Origin: Octopus sinensis
Taxonomy: Eukaryota
Reading direction: 5' to 3'
Assembly: GCF_006345805.1 (NCBI RefSeq)
Contig: NC_043001.1
Coordinates: 28,086,001 to 28,150,000 of the forward strand
Length of the DNA: 64,000 nt
Below are positions 1 through 11,611 of the stretch, piece by piece. The notes below the pieces were generated by a model that was not told the origin of the DNA, did not search any database, and saw only the letters and a program-made list of their open reading frames with translations. Positions within the stretch are counted from its first letter, which is position 1. Each line of letters starts with the position of its first letter. A program made the translations under genes and the position numbers.

Positions 1-190
1 TTACGTTATGAGTTCAAATTCCGCCGAGGTCGACTTTGCCTTTCATCCTTTCGGGGTCGATTAAATAAGTACCAGTTACGCACTAGGGTCGATATAATCG
101 ACTTAATCCGTTTGTCTGTCCTTATTTATCCCCTCTATGTTTAGCCCCTCGTGGGCAATAATGAAATAAGAAACGTTAGCACGCCGGGCG
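1..190 (+). mobile_element. tRNA-derived SINE, Meta-domain-like, partial (body, tail B, re-entry into a second head)
   Basis: Box B-like GAGTTCAAATTCC followed by GCCTTTCATCCTTTCGGGGTCGATTAAATAAGTACCAG; same sequence recurs more than 15 times in the window. Confidence 0.85.
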
Positions 191-1047
191 GAGGACTCCT
201 CAAAGAAGGGCACCAAGAGGAAAAAGGTGAGCACTAATGTGTGTTCACCGAAGGATTCTAGGGATGAGGGAGGGAAGGCGAATTTCCCGGTCACGGAGGA
301 GACGCACCCTCCCCCAGAAGAAAAAAATGAGGAAGAGGACGAAAAACGGTACATTGCCGGCAGTCGGTGACATAGCACCGGAATGTCCCGGAACCTCGTC
401 GGTAGGGGTTGAGCCACCGGCAGGAGAAGAGACACCGTTGGCGGGAATTGTGCCGCCAACGGTAGAATTGACTACCTCGACCCCGGAGGAAGACAAATTA
501 TTGGTCTTCTTCTACAGAGGTGGAGAGGTAGAAAAGGTGGTGGAAAAACACTATAAGGGAATATCTTTAACTTTCACACGGGAACCCGAATGGCCTCCGC
601 CGATAGCTGTGGAGGCCATAACGTTGCTCGTGGTACGTAGGCTGGAGGGACTCAAAGAGGAATATCGCTTGTGGTCGGGCTACGCCGACTCGGAGCTCGC
701 ATTGGTTTTAAATGAGGCGTGGGTGATGGCGAAGTATACGGGAGGAAAATTGACATTAGGTTGAAAAGCCTCAATGTTATAATGTTTCAGTGTGTAAGAG
801 GCTCAGCGCCTCAATTTGTAAGTGGACTATTAAGTCCAATAATTTTAAAAACAGAAGTAAGAGGTTCAATACCTCGGTTTGTTTTTTGTGTTAAAGATAA
901 TGTTTTAGAGAAGCAAAAGATCAGCCTGCGTTTTTTGTCTTCTCCCTTTAATATAATTTTATTTCATCATCCATCTCATTAATGTTTCTGTCCAGCCCAC
1001 AAGCTACTCTTTACCATGCCTTTATGGCAAAAGTTTTTGAAATAAAG
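191..1047 (+). mobile_element. GC/purine-rich ORF C-terminus plus 3' UTR, probably a retroelement ORF1-like fragment (possibly Tx1/L1-related)
   Basis: ORF 237-764 reads as natural protein in its distal part (EDKLLVFFYRGGEVEKVVEKHYKGISLTFTREPEW); about 280 bp UTR ending in AATAAAG; abrupt junctions with SINE heads on both sides; family assignment is from recollection, not a search. Confidence 0.35.
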
Positions 1048-1219
1048 TAGCTTGCTTACCAACCATATGGTTCTGGGTTCAATCCCACTGCGTGGCACCT
1101 TGGGCAAGTGTCTTCTACTATAGCCTCGGGCCGACCGAAGTCTTGTGAGTGGATTTGGTAGATGGAAACTGAAAGAAGCCCGTCGTATATATATGAATAT
1201 ATATATATATATATATAAT

Positions 1220-1266
<47 letters not shown>

Positions 1267-1485
1267 GTGTGTATATGTTTGTGTGTCTGTGTTTGTCCCT
1301 CCAGCATCGCTTCACAACCGATGCTGGTGTGTTTACGTCTCCGTAACTTGAAGGTTCGGCAAAAGAAACCGACAGAATAAGTACTAGGCTTACAAAGAGT
1401 AAGTCCTGGGATCAATTTGCTCGACTAAAGGCGGTGCTCCAGCATGGCCGCATTCAAATGACTGAAAGAAGTAAAAGAATAAAGA
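1048..1485 (+). mobile_element. CORE-like tRNA SINE with internal TA/TG microsatellite
   Basis: GGGTTCAATCCC box B, CACCTTGGGCAAGTGTCTTC core motif, family tail GGTGCTCCAGCATGGCCGCA...GTAAAAGAATAAAGA. Confidence 0.9.
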
Positions 1486-1499
1486 GTTATATTTTCGAA

Positions 1500-2570
1500 C
1501 TTATGTTATGTTAGTAATTGTGTGTGCGTATGTGTGAGTGTGTGTGAGTGTGCATTGTGTGTATGTGTCTGTGTCGTGTGTGTGCGTGTGCGTCGTGTGT
1601 GTGTGTGTGTACGTGAATGTGCATGTGTATAGGTGTATGTGTCTGTGTATGTGCATGTGTGTTTCTGTATCTATGTGTATGTGTGTGTGTGTGTCTGTGT
1701 ACGTGTGTGGGTATGTATATAGGTGTGTATGTGTATGCTCGTGTGTGTGTGTGTGTATGTATGTGTGAGCATACATCGTATGTGCGTGTGTCGCGTGTAT
1801 GTGTTCGTCGTGTGTGTGTGTGTGTGTGTGTGTGTTTCGTGTGTGTTTCGTGTGTGGGGGTGTCGTTTGTGTGTGTTGTGTGTGTGTCGTGTGTCGTGTG
1901 TGTGTCGTGTGTGTTTACGTGAATGGGTATGTATATAGGTGTCTGTGTCTGTGTATGTGCATGTGTGTATTTGTGTATGTGTGTGTATATCTGTGTGTGA
2001 GTGTTTGTGTGTGTGTATGTGTGTGTGAGTGTGCATCATGTGTGCGTGTATCGTGTGTGTATGTCGTGTGGTGTGTGTGTATGTGTGTGTGGTGAGTGTC
2101 TGTGTGGCGTGGGTGTCGTTTGTATGTGTACATGAATGGGTATGTATATCGATGTATCTGTTTGTGTATGTAGGTGTATACGTTTGTGTATGTGTGTGTT
2201 AGTGTGTGTGAGTGTGTGTGTGTACGTGAATGGATGTTTATATATGTGAATGTGTCTGCTCATGTGCTTGTGTGTGTGTGTATGTGTTTGTGTGTCTGTG
2301 TGTATGTGTGTGAGTGTGTGTGTACTTGAATTGATATGTATATAGGTGAATATGTCGGCTTGTGTGCTTGTGTGTGTGTATGTGTTTGTGTGTATATATA
2401 TATGTGTGTGTGTGTGTAAGGGAGAGAATGTGTGTGTATACGAGAATGGATATGTATATAGGCGCTTGTGTGTGTGTTTGTGTGCGTGTATGTATTTGTG
2501 TGTATGTGTGTGAGAGTGTGTTTGTATGTGTATGTGTTTGTCTTCGTGTGTCTGTGTGTGTATAAAGAAT
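1500..2570. repeat. degenerate (TG)n tract with cryptic higher-order unit
   Basis: TG-dominated sequence with recurring TACGTGAATGGRTATGTATATAGGTG-like anchors. Confidence 0.9.
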
Positions 2571-2607
2571 AAAAGGCCAAAAGTAAATAATTCATCATCC
2601 ATGAAAA

Positions 2608-2764
2608 AATAGGAGCAGGCATAGCTATGTGGTTAAGAAGCTCGCTTTGCAACCATGTGGTGTAGAGTTCAATCCCACAGCGCATACCTTGGCCTACTAG
2701 TGTCGCGAACTGACTAATACTGTGTCAGTAAATTTGGTGGCCTATGTGGAAGCCCGTCGCATGT

Positions 2765-2817
<53 letters not shown>

Positions 2818-2895
2818 TGTGTGTGTGTGTGTTTGCTGTGCATCGCTGTGTTTGTTCCCGTCACCGATCTTGGTTTGTTCATGTCCCCATAATGT
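2608..2895 (+). mobile_element. diverged CORE-like SINE
   Basis: GCTATGTGGTTAAGAAGCTCGC...AGTTCAATCCC head and GAAGCCCGTCG before the TG run, as in other copies. Confidence 0.65.
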
Positions 2896-2938
2896 CCGAC
2901 ACAGTAATTAAAAAAATAATTATTAAAAAAATAAATAT

Positions 2939-3082
2939 AGGCATAGGAGTGGTTCCGGGTTCAGTCCCATTGCGTGGCACCTTGGGCAAGTGTCTTCTAC
3001 TATAGCCTCGGGCCAACCAAATCTTTGTGAGTGGCTTTGGTAAACAGAAACTGAAAGAAGCCCGTCGTATATATATATATAT

Positions 3083-3113
<31 letters not shown>

Positions 3114-3355
3114 GTATGTAGGTGTGTGTATATGTTCGTGTGACTGTGTTTGTCACCCCAACATCGCTTCACAACCGATGCTGGTGTGTTTACGTCCCCG
3201 TAACTTAGGGGTTCAGTAAAAGAGACCGATAGATTAAGTACAATAAGTACTAGGCTTACAAAGAATAATTCCTGGGGTCGATTTGCTCGACTAAAGGCGG
3301 TGTTCCAGCATGCCCAGAGTCAAATGACTGAAACAAGTAAAAGAGAGTAAAAGAG
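2939..3355 (+). mobile_element. CORE-like SINE with head deletion
   Basis: GGCATAGGAGTGGTTCCGGGTTCAGTCCC (deletion between TGG/TGGTT microhomologies), core motif and full tail. Confidence 0.9.
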
Positions 3356-4109
3356 GGGTAGATTAGTTTAAGCAAAATCATTAAGGCATCCCCATAGCAT
3401 AATCGTCGTCCAGTGACCGAAAGAAAAGAAAGCGGAAGAAAACGGATTATTGCTTAATTAAGGTTTTAAAGTTTCTCTGTATTGGTAAAAATAAACCCCA
3501 CAAAGAATGATGCTTGTTGGTTTTTTCCAAAGAGATAGCGACATAAGTAAAGCGAAAATGATTTTGAGACAAGAATTGTAACCCCGTCTCTTATTCGACT
3601 CACGGCTTGATATGAATACTGTGACACAAGGAAAAGTAAGCCAACGGTGCAGCGAGACCAATTAAACAGAACCAGAACGTGAAATTAATTAAATGTTGTG
3701 AGGAAATTAAATTGACAAAATCTATTATCAGATGAAAGCTACTAGAATAGACTAAATTCAAAAAAAAAAAAAAAAAAACAAACAAATCTAATATCTTAAA
3801 ATTCAAAATTTTTGGTTGAATTATTGAAATATAAATTAAAAAGAACGTTTACACCCACACACACTCACACACACATGTTTGTGTTTGTATAATATGTGCA
3901 TGTATGTATATATGTGTCTCCAAATGCATACGTATATATGTGAATGTGGTGAGAGAAGAGAGAGAGAGAGAGATTAGCTGAAGGTATTTAATCAGAATAA
4001 CGGAATTATCGACTATAAGAGGAAAAAAGGACATTGCGTTCTTCTCGCTGAACCAAATATTTCCTTCAATGAAAGCGCGCTTGCAAAGAACATTAAATAT
4101 AATTTCCTC

Positions 4110-4285
4110 AGCTGAGCCTCAATGGCGGAAACTTCCGGTAGAGAATGAATACTAGTGATCTCACATGAGGGATATAATATCCTTTTCTCTTCACTCTTTA
4201 CATGAATGCATCTGGGATTTATTGATGACGGGAAGAAAAAGGGAGCGTAATGAAGAGAAAAGCAACACAAAAAGAATGAGGTAAA

Positions 4286-4317
<32 letters not shown>

Positions 4318-4337
4318 CACACACACACACACATATA

Positions 4338-4394
<57 letters not shown>

Positions 4395-4419
4395 CATATG
4401 TATGTATAATATATATATA

Positions 4420-4487
<68 letters not shown>

Positions 4488-4880
4488 GGGAGAGAGAGAA
4501 TTATGGAGAATGTATGTGAGGTAGAGAAAGAATAGCAGAAAGCAAAAGCAAAGTCGACTTCATTGTCATCGGTCTGTGCTATTACGGCGGATGATGGCAG
4601 ATTAAACATTCGCACAGGTTATGCAGGAATTCATAAGATCTAAAATAGCTGAAAAGAGCTATTATTTTGTTTTTCTTTTGAGAACAAAGAGAAGAATCCC
4701 ATCGAATCAGACAGACGATTAGCAGCGTGGCCGCGAAAAATATCCCAATCAAAATAAAAATTCAGTGAATACGTGGAGAAACAAGATGGCGGAATGTGTA
4801 TGTATGTATGGATGTAAGCGTACGTCGGTATATGCCTGTTATTTTTATCACTCGGTATGCGTCATGACGCTGGGTTTTCT
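4110..4880 (+). promoter_or_regulatory. candidate promoter-like motif cluster (ETS, YY1, CRE-like)
   Basis: AATGGCGGAAACTTCCGG at 4121-4138; CAAGATGGCGG at 4782-4792; GCGTCATGACGC palindrome near 4859; local CpG enrichment in non-SINE sequence. Confidence 0.3.
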
Positions 4881-5084
4881 TCTTCTGTTTTTCTTACTGA
4901 TCAGAAGCTTGCTTTCACACAAATAAACACAAACGCATGCACACACTCGTGCAACCGCATGCACCAACAAGTACACTGTGTATCTCTGTACCTAGCTTAT
5001 GCCTGTCAATTGTGAGAACGTATTTTATTTGAAGACTGTCACCGAACTTCTACGTATATTTTCTTCTATGCTCAATAAATATCT

Positions 5085-5116
5085 GATCTCCTCCTCCTCC
5101 TCCTACTACTACTACA

Positions 5117-5164
<48 letters not shown>

Positions 5165-5224
5165 GCTACTACTGCTGCTGCTGCTACTACTACCACTACC
5201 ACCACCACCACCACCACCAACACC

Positions 5225-5296
<72 letters not shown>

Positions 5297-5298
5297 GT
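5085..5298. repeat. compound trinucleotide microsatellite (CTC/CTA/CTG/CAC)
   Basis: direct reading. Confidence 0.95.
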
Positions 5299-5433
5299 AT
5301 TCATTTCCTTTTTGCTCTTTATTCTGTGTTATCATTCATGGCTAAAGCCATTCTGGAGCAGCGGTTTTTACAGTCTATGTTTGTGTGACCAGATAAATGC
5401 GTATTCACATATGCGAGCACATACTTTAGGTCG

Positions 5434-5471
<38 letters not shown>

Positions 5472-5769
5472 AATGACGCATGTAGGTATGTGATTTAGAA
5501 TAGTGTGTTTAGTTGGTACAGTTGTGCTGAGAAATCGGGAAGTACAGAGCGTTGAGGTGTGCCATTGAGAAATAACCTAAGTGCTTTTTAAACGTTAGCT
5601 GTTAGAGTAATTTGTAAGCTGAAACTTATCCACCGCATTGTCTCTGCATACAACAGCTCCACCGAAAGCATTGAGGTATCTGGACGCATTCGCTTGCTAT
5701 TCTGTTTATTTCCACTCCCCTATAAACCAATCCACATGACAATACGTCTTTTATCCTACTCTTATTTAT

Positions 5770-6650
5770 TATCGTTTAATTGCTTCAGTCATCGTACTGC
5801 GGCCATGCTGTGCTACTGTCTTGAAGGTATTAATCCAACAAATCAACTTGAGTATTTGCTTTCCAGATCTGGTACTTATTCCCTCGGTTTCTTTTCAGGT
5901 ACCGCTATGTTATGGGGACACAAACGAACCAACACCGGTTGTCAAGCTGTGGTGAAGGACAAAGACACACGCACACATATGTATACATAAACACACACAC
6001 ATATACATATGCTTGTACTACAGGTTCCAAAGCATTTCTATTAAGTCTTATCTCCTCAAAGACATACATCATCTCGAAAGAGTCCAGAAGCTGGCTACCC
6101 GCATGGTTCTTGGTCTCAAACATTTGTCTTATGAAGAAAGGCTGAAGACGCTCGACCTTTATTCTCTAGAAAAACGACGACGCCGTGGTGATCTCATTCT
6201 CGCTCACAACATCATAAGCGGAAAGTGTAACCTCTCGAAAGAGCTGTTCTTCACTCCTGCTCCAGGGCGTCGGCTGCGGGGTCACTCCGAAAAGCTCTAT
6301 CTGCGTCGATTTCATCTCAATCGAAGGAGAGGGGCTTTCTCCGTCCGGGTTGCAGATCCGTGGAATAAGCTGCCGGACGAGATAGTGAAGATGCCGACGA
6401 CCGCTCGGTTCAAAGTCTCTCTTGACCAGAAATGGCCTGAACTCTTTGCATGAAGACCCTCCCTATACATAACTCCATGTCCCCCTACATGGCCTTGTTT
6501 TTTGCTTTTTGAGCCAAAAAATTAACTTAACTTAACTAAGCCTATTCACTCACAGTGTACTGTCTAGCTCAGGGCTGATTGTAGAAGACACTTGCCCAAG
6601 GTTCTGCGCACCGTGGGCCCGAAGCCAATACAAAGTGATTGCAAAGTGAG
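5770..6650 (-). mobile_element. CORE-like SINE split by a CR1 insertion (halves about 5770-6010 and 6541-6650)
   Basis: reverse-complement tail at 5770-6000; GTAGAAGACACTTGCCCAAGG core at about 6581-6601. Confidence 0.75.
6013..6540 (+). mobile_element. 5'-truncated CR1-group LINE 3' end (ORF2 C-terminus and UTR)
   Basis: LERVQKLATRMV..LSYEERLKTLDLYSLEKRRRRGDLI..FSVRVADPWNKLP is typical CR1 ORF2 C-terminus; CCATGT/ACATGG hairpin 6475-6492; (TTAAC)n tail. Confidence 0.9.
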
Positions 6651-7159
6651 CCCTTCGGTTACTCATTGCCCTTAGACCTTATTTGAATAATACAATCAGA
6701 AACAAAAATAATCAGATAATCATTACATTTCAATAACACACCGTATAATACAAAGACATTTCCCCAGCATGACCGCAATTCAGTGACTGGTCTTGTAAAA
6801 GAATTGAATATAAATCTCAATACATTTTAAAATAAATACATTTTATTGTGCTATATTTCATAACGAAGAAGTTTAAAAAAAAAATAATAACTTTAATTAT
6901 ATAAAATTATGTTCTCGTGGCTTGAAGTGATATTGTATTTTTTACGAGTGAATAATTAGAAGAAATAAAATCAATTTTTCTAGGGCGTGGTTCTTTTCAG
7001 ACAGTGAGTATTAATTAATGTAATGTTATTTTGAGATATCTATCCAACTTAAGAAAAAAAAAAACTATTTTTTTTTAATGTACATTTTAAAGCTAGTTAA
7101 TTAGTGTGTTGCGTTATGAATTATGTATGCGACTTTGGATGTGAAAATAACGTATAATC

Positions 7160-7316
7160 ATTATCATTGTCCTCCTCCTCCTTCTCTTCCTCATCCTCAT
7201 CTTTCTCATCATCATCATCATCATCATTTTCTTCTTCTTCTTCTTCTTCTTCTTTTCTTCTTCTCTTCTTCTCTTCTTCTTCTTCTTCTTCTTCTTCTTC
7301 TTCTTCTTCTTTCCTT
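7160..7316. repeat. CTC/CAT/CTT microsatellite
   Basis: direct reading. Confidence 0.95.
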
Positions 7317-7339
7317 TTCGGTGATGTTGCTTTCATTTT

Positions 7340-8200
7340 ATTCGAGCAAGTTACAAGTTTCACCCAAAGACCTCAAGTCAGTGCAAGTTAGACGTTTTAA
7401 TTATTGTTTATTATTTTTATCATTATCTTCTTCCTTCAATTTTGTTTCCATTTCTCGCCGAGTGTCTTCCCAACACCTAGGTCAAAGAAACTCACTGTAT
7501 ACATTGGTTGGTCATCAAAACAAACACAACAGATTGTTCATTTACAAAGTCACGTGACAGATCAATAGGGAAGAAAGACAAGTGAAAGAATGAAGAAATG
7601 AAACAAAGAAAATAACAAGGAAAAGAAAGAAAATTCACAGCAACAAAGCTCTTCTCAATATGTGTAAGTCAGGGAACATTCTCAAATAATTTTCAGTTCC
7701 CTTTTTAATAATTCCTAGTGCTCCTACAATCACTGGTATTGTAGCCGCCATGAGATGCCACATTTTTTTTATTTCAATAAGCAAACGTTTATAATTTCTG
7801 AGTTTATCAAAATTCTTTTGCCGAGATATTATGGCCATAGAGTATGCTCATGTCTATCAATAAACAGATATTATCGTTTTGGTCTTTCACAACGATATCT
7901 GGTTTATCAGCTTTGATGGTTCGATCCGTATGTTCTGGAAAGTCCTAAACAATCGTTACATTTTCTCCCTCAGTTACAGCTTCACGATGGTGCTTTCACA
8001 ATTTGTTAGCAGTTTTGATTTTATAATGCCTACGTAGTATCCAGTGTAGATAATGGCCAATTCTGTCATATCTAGATTTATACCCTACTGGTGCAAAAAC
8101 CTTATCCTCAGAGATTAGGTGGTCCATTGTTTCAATCTCAGCGTTGCAATATCAGCACTTTGGGTCTACTCCATTTTTCATCACATTGCCTTGGTAGTTC
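7340..8200 (-). mobile_element. R4/Dong-like (restriction-like endonuclease) LINE 3' fragment
   Basis: KYKDL-type end FDKLRNYKRLLIEIKKMWHL..IPVIVGALG; UTR is the reverse complement of 18430-18545. Confidence 0.85.
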
Positions 8201-8295
8201 CGAGTCAATTAGCTCTGATCTTGAGCAGCTGAGATAAAGCCTTCGCTCTCTGCCTACGCTGACTGTCTTTAGCCGTTCGATCATATAATAATATA

Positions 8296-8346
<51 letters not shown>

Positions 8347-8541
8347 ATAAATAATGAGGGAGATAAATTAATATTAATTATTAAATTTTCATCTGTCATG
8401 CCCGCCAAAATTGGTTCTGGTGCTCGCTGTATTTTTCCTCTAGAGAATTTCCTTGTAGTTTGACCGTTGATGGTCTATTTCTAGCATATGGTCGACTCCC
8501 TAGCAGTAAGCCCTGCCAATATACACACACACATATATAAT

Positions 8542-8607
<66 letters not shown>

Positions 8608-8639
8608 ATATATATATATGCATATATACATACATATAT

Positions 8640-9308
8640 GTACATACCTACATACGTATGTATATATACATGCATATATGGGTACAGGACATAAAAAAAC
8701 GTGAAAAAAATGAGAAACGAGAACATAACAAACGAAAACATGGAAAATGAACTTTTTTTCCGAACATCGAAAGAAAAAAAGAGAGAAACGAGATAACCTT
8801 TACCGTTTGTTTTTACTGTTTGTTTTTACTTACTGTCCTGTTTTTTGTCACCAATTTAACCCTTGCCGCAAATCCCAAATTTTTTAAAATTGCTTTGTGG
8901 GAACGACTGTTTTAACGAAGTCGCGTCTTGTCTCTACATTCGAAACGCGGAGTAGATAAAACAGGGGACGACTGATGAAGGGAATATTCTTTGTGTTGCC
9001 TGTCTCGTTTCTCTGTTTGTTTCTGTTGTGTGGACGCCCCCAGGCGATGAAGTGGGTTAGTCCAATACGTAGATATAGAAGGAGAAACCTAGACGTCGAG
9101 ACTAGGATAGTCGAGTAGCAGAGTAGCGGGGAGAGTTGAGTAGAAGGCATCCGAACGTGCGACGAAGCAGTTTCTTTCGTTGTTTGAAACAAAAGTTCGT
9201 TTTCCATGTTTTTGTTTTTATGTTCTCGTTTCTCATTTTGTTCACAATTTTTTACTCATGTACCCATATATGCATATATATATATATACATATGTAGGTA
9301 GGTATGTA
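8640..9308. mobile_element. TA-embedded element with about 118-bp inverted terminal repeats (possible Penelope pseudo-LTR derivative)
   Basis: arm 8640-8757 is the reverse complement of arm 9191-9308; internal CGAAAC (8941) and CTGATGAAG (8972). Confidence 0.6.
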
Positions 9309-9464
9309 CTTATATGTATGTATATATGCATATCTCTCTCTCTCTCTCTTTATATATATATATATTATATATATATTATATATATATGTTATATTTATTA
9401 TATTATTATACGATCGAGCGCCACGCATCATCCATCCAAGTAAGTTTTATCTCCCTCTCTATAT

Positions 9465-9630
9465 ATAATAGTCTTCCACACAGTCTCCACCAACCAAATT
9501 TGCTCTCAAGCATTGGTTGGTCAGTGTGTATAGTAGAAATCACACTTAGTCAAGATATCGCACAGAGAGATTGAACCCGAAATTTGTGGTTGCAAAACGA
9601 CTTTCTACACCCAACAGGCATGTCTGTGTC
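9465..9630 (-). mobile_element. degenerate CORE-like SINE head
   Basis: GTAGAAATCACACTTAGTCAAGA...TGAACCCGAAA matches the reverse complement of the family head. Confidence 0.55.
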
Positions 9631-10759
9631 TGTGTTTTCATCTGAATAACACAGTTTTCCTTGAGGCTGTTTTAATTAGACGGCTTAGCCTTCTTTGTTG
9701 AGCACCATTATAACGTATTTGGTGCATGCCCCATAAAAATATAATAAAAGGCCCACTAACTCTTCCCCCAGTCTAGTCTGGATGAGTCAACAAAATCGAC
9801 AACGTTCTTGAAATAAGTGACAACTGCTTACCACAAGTGAAAGGGATATTCGCCATTCCTACAAAACAACTGTGAAATATCTACTGTGTTTATATGTTGG
9901 CTGGAGTGGGTTTTGATTTCGTTTCGTCCGATAAAACTTAACCGACTCTCAGAAATTTGGAATATATCTGATGTCGCTTGCTATAGATGTTTTTCAACTG
10001 CAGGGAACTCCTATTGAATAAGTGTACGAACGGTTAATGGCATTCCAAATGTGAAGATATATAGGTTTGCATTTTTCTAGATAGAAGACAATTGCCGCGC
10101 ATCGGGAATGAAACCAAAACTATACAATTGCAAAACGAACTTCTTAAACACATAACCACGCTTTAGAATATGTGATTTAAGATAGATATAGTTGCTATTT
10201 CTTGCATTTTGACGGAGAAGGTAAATTTCTCTTCGGGATAGGTGAGGAAGTGAGTGGTATTTTATTTACAAGACAAATAAAATATTACTCAATAAATAAA
10301 GAAAATGAAGAAAAAACCCCAGTTAAATGTAGCAAATTGATAACAAAGATCAATCTTGTATGTCAAATTTAGAAACAAAAGAAAAAAAGGAATCATTAAT
10401 AATGAATATATACAGACTCATTTTGCCGCGAATCAAGCATCGCCTTCCCGCCATTGAGCGTGTAAAACTCTAGAGACACAACTATCGTTAATAGGATAAC
10501 TAGCATATGAATAAATAAACGTCTTTGTGGCTAACAACGAATCCCCGTGGTGTCAAGAGACGAGAAAAGGTGGAATAATTAACTAAATGGATCAGATCCT
10601 GCTCTCAATAGAAACACACGAATGCATGCGCACGCGCTCGTGTGTGTGTGCCTGTGTGTCAGCACGTGTGTGTATATGCGTGCGTGCGCGCGTATCTGTG
10701 TGTGTGTGTATTGGTTAGGTGATAATATGTGAGTGTCTATATTTCTAAGTTCTCTTTCT

Positions 10760-11000
<241 letters not shown>

Positions 11001-11321
11001 GGTATTCTTTATGGTGAATTAGGCTACCATTGGTTTCATATTAAAAATAGTAGGAAAATATCCTGTTGTCTTAACAATGATTGAAGCCGATCCCATGAAG
11101 AAAGGTGTTCGTCTTCATTTTGGAGGTTTTCGAGAATGGAGGCTAACACCTTTCTCTGTGTGATCGGCATGAAAAATTGTTAAGACACCAATATATTTTC
11201 CTATTTTTGTTAACGTAAATTCAATGGTAACCTTAATTCACTAATGAAGAAATTATATAACCATCAATGCAGTGTTGAGCACATTTCATCATTCGATATT
11301 TACGTATAATGTATATATATG

Positions 11322-11352
<31 letters not shown>

Positions 11353-11611
11353 ATATATATATATATATATATTATATATTATATTATATATATATAATAT
11401 GTATGTATATATGTATATATGTAGATATGTATGTATATATGTATGTATGTATGTATAAAAGAACGACATTTCTAAAAACAATAACATAGAGCCGCAATAT
11501 ATATGTGTATAATATATATATATTATATATTATGTGTGTGTGTGCGTGTGCATATATATATTTATAAATTTATAAATCTATCATATATGAATACATGTAT
11601 GTGTATATATA

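Noticed and set aside
1056-3172. Many 60-190 aa ORFs rich in HT/CV/YI
   Set aside because: Translations of TG/CA/TA microsatellites and SINEs; the same applies to such ORFs throughout the window
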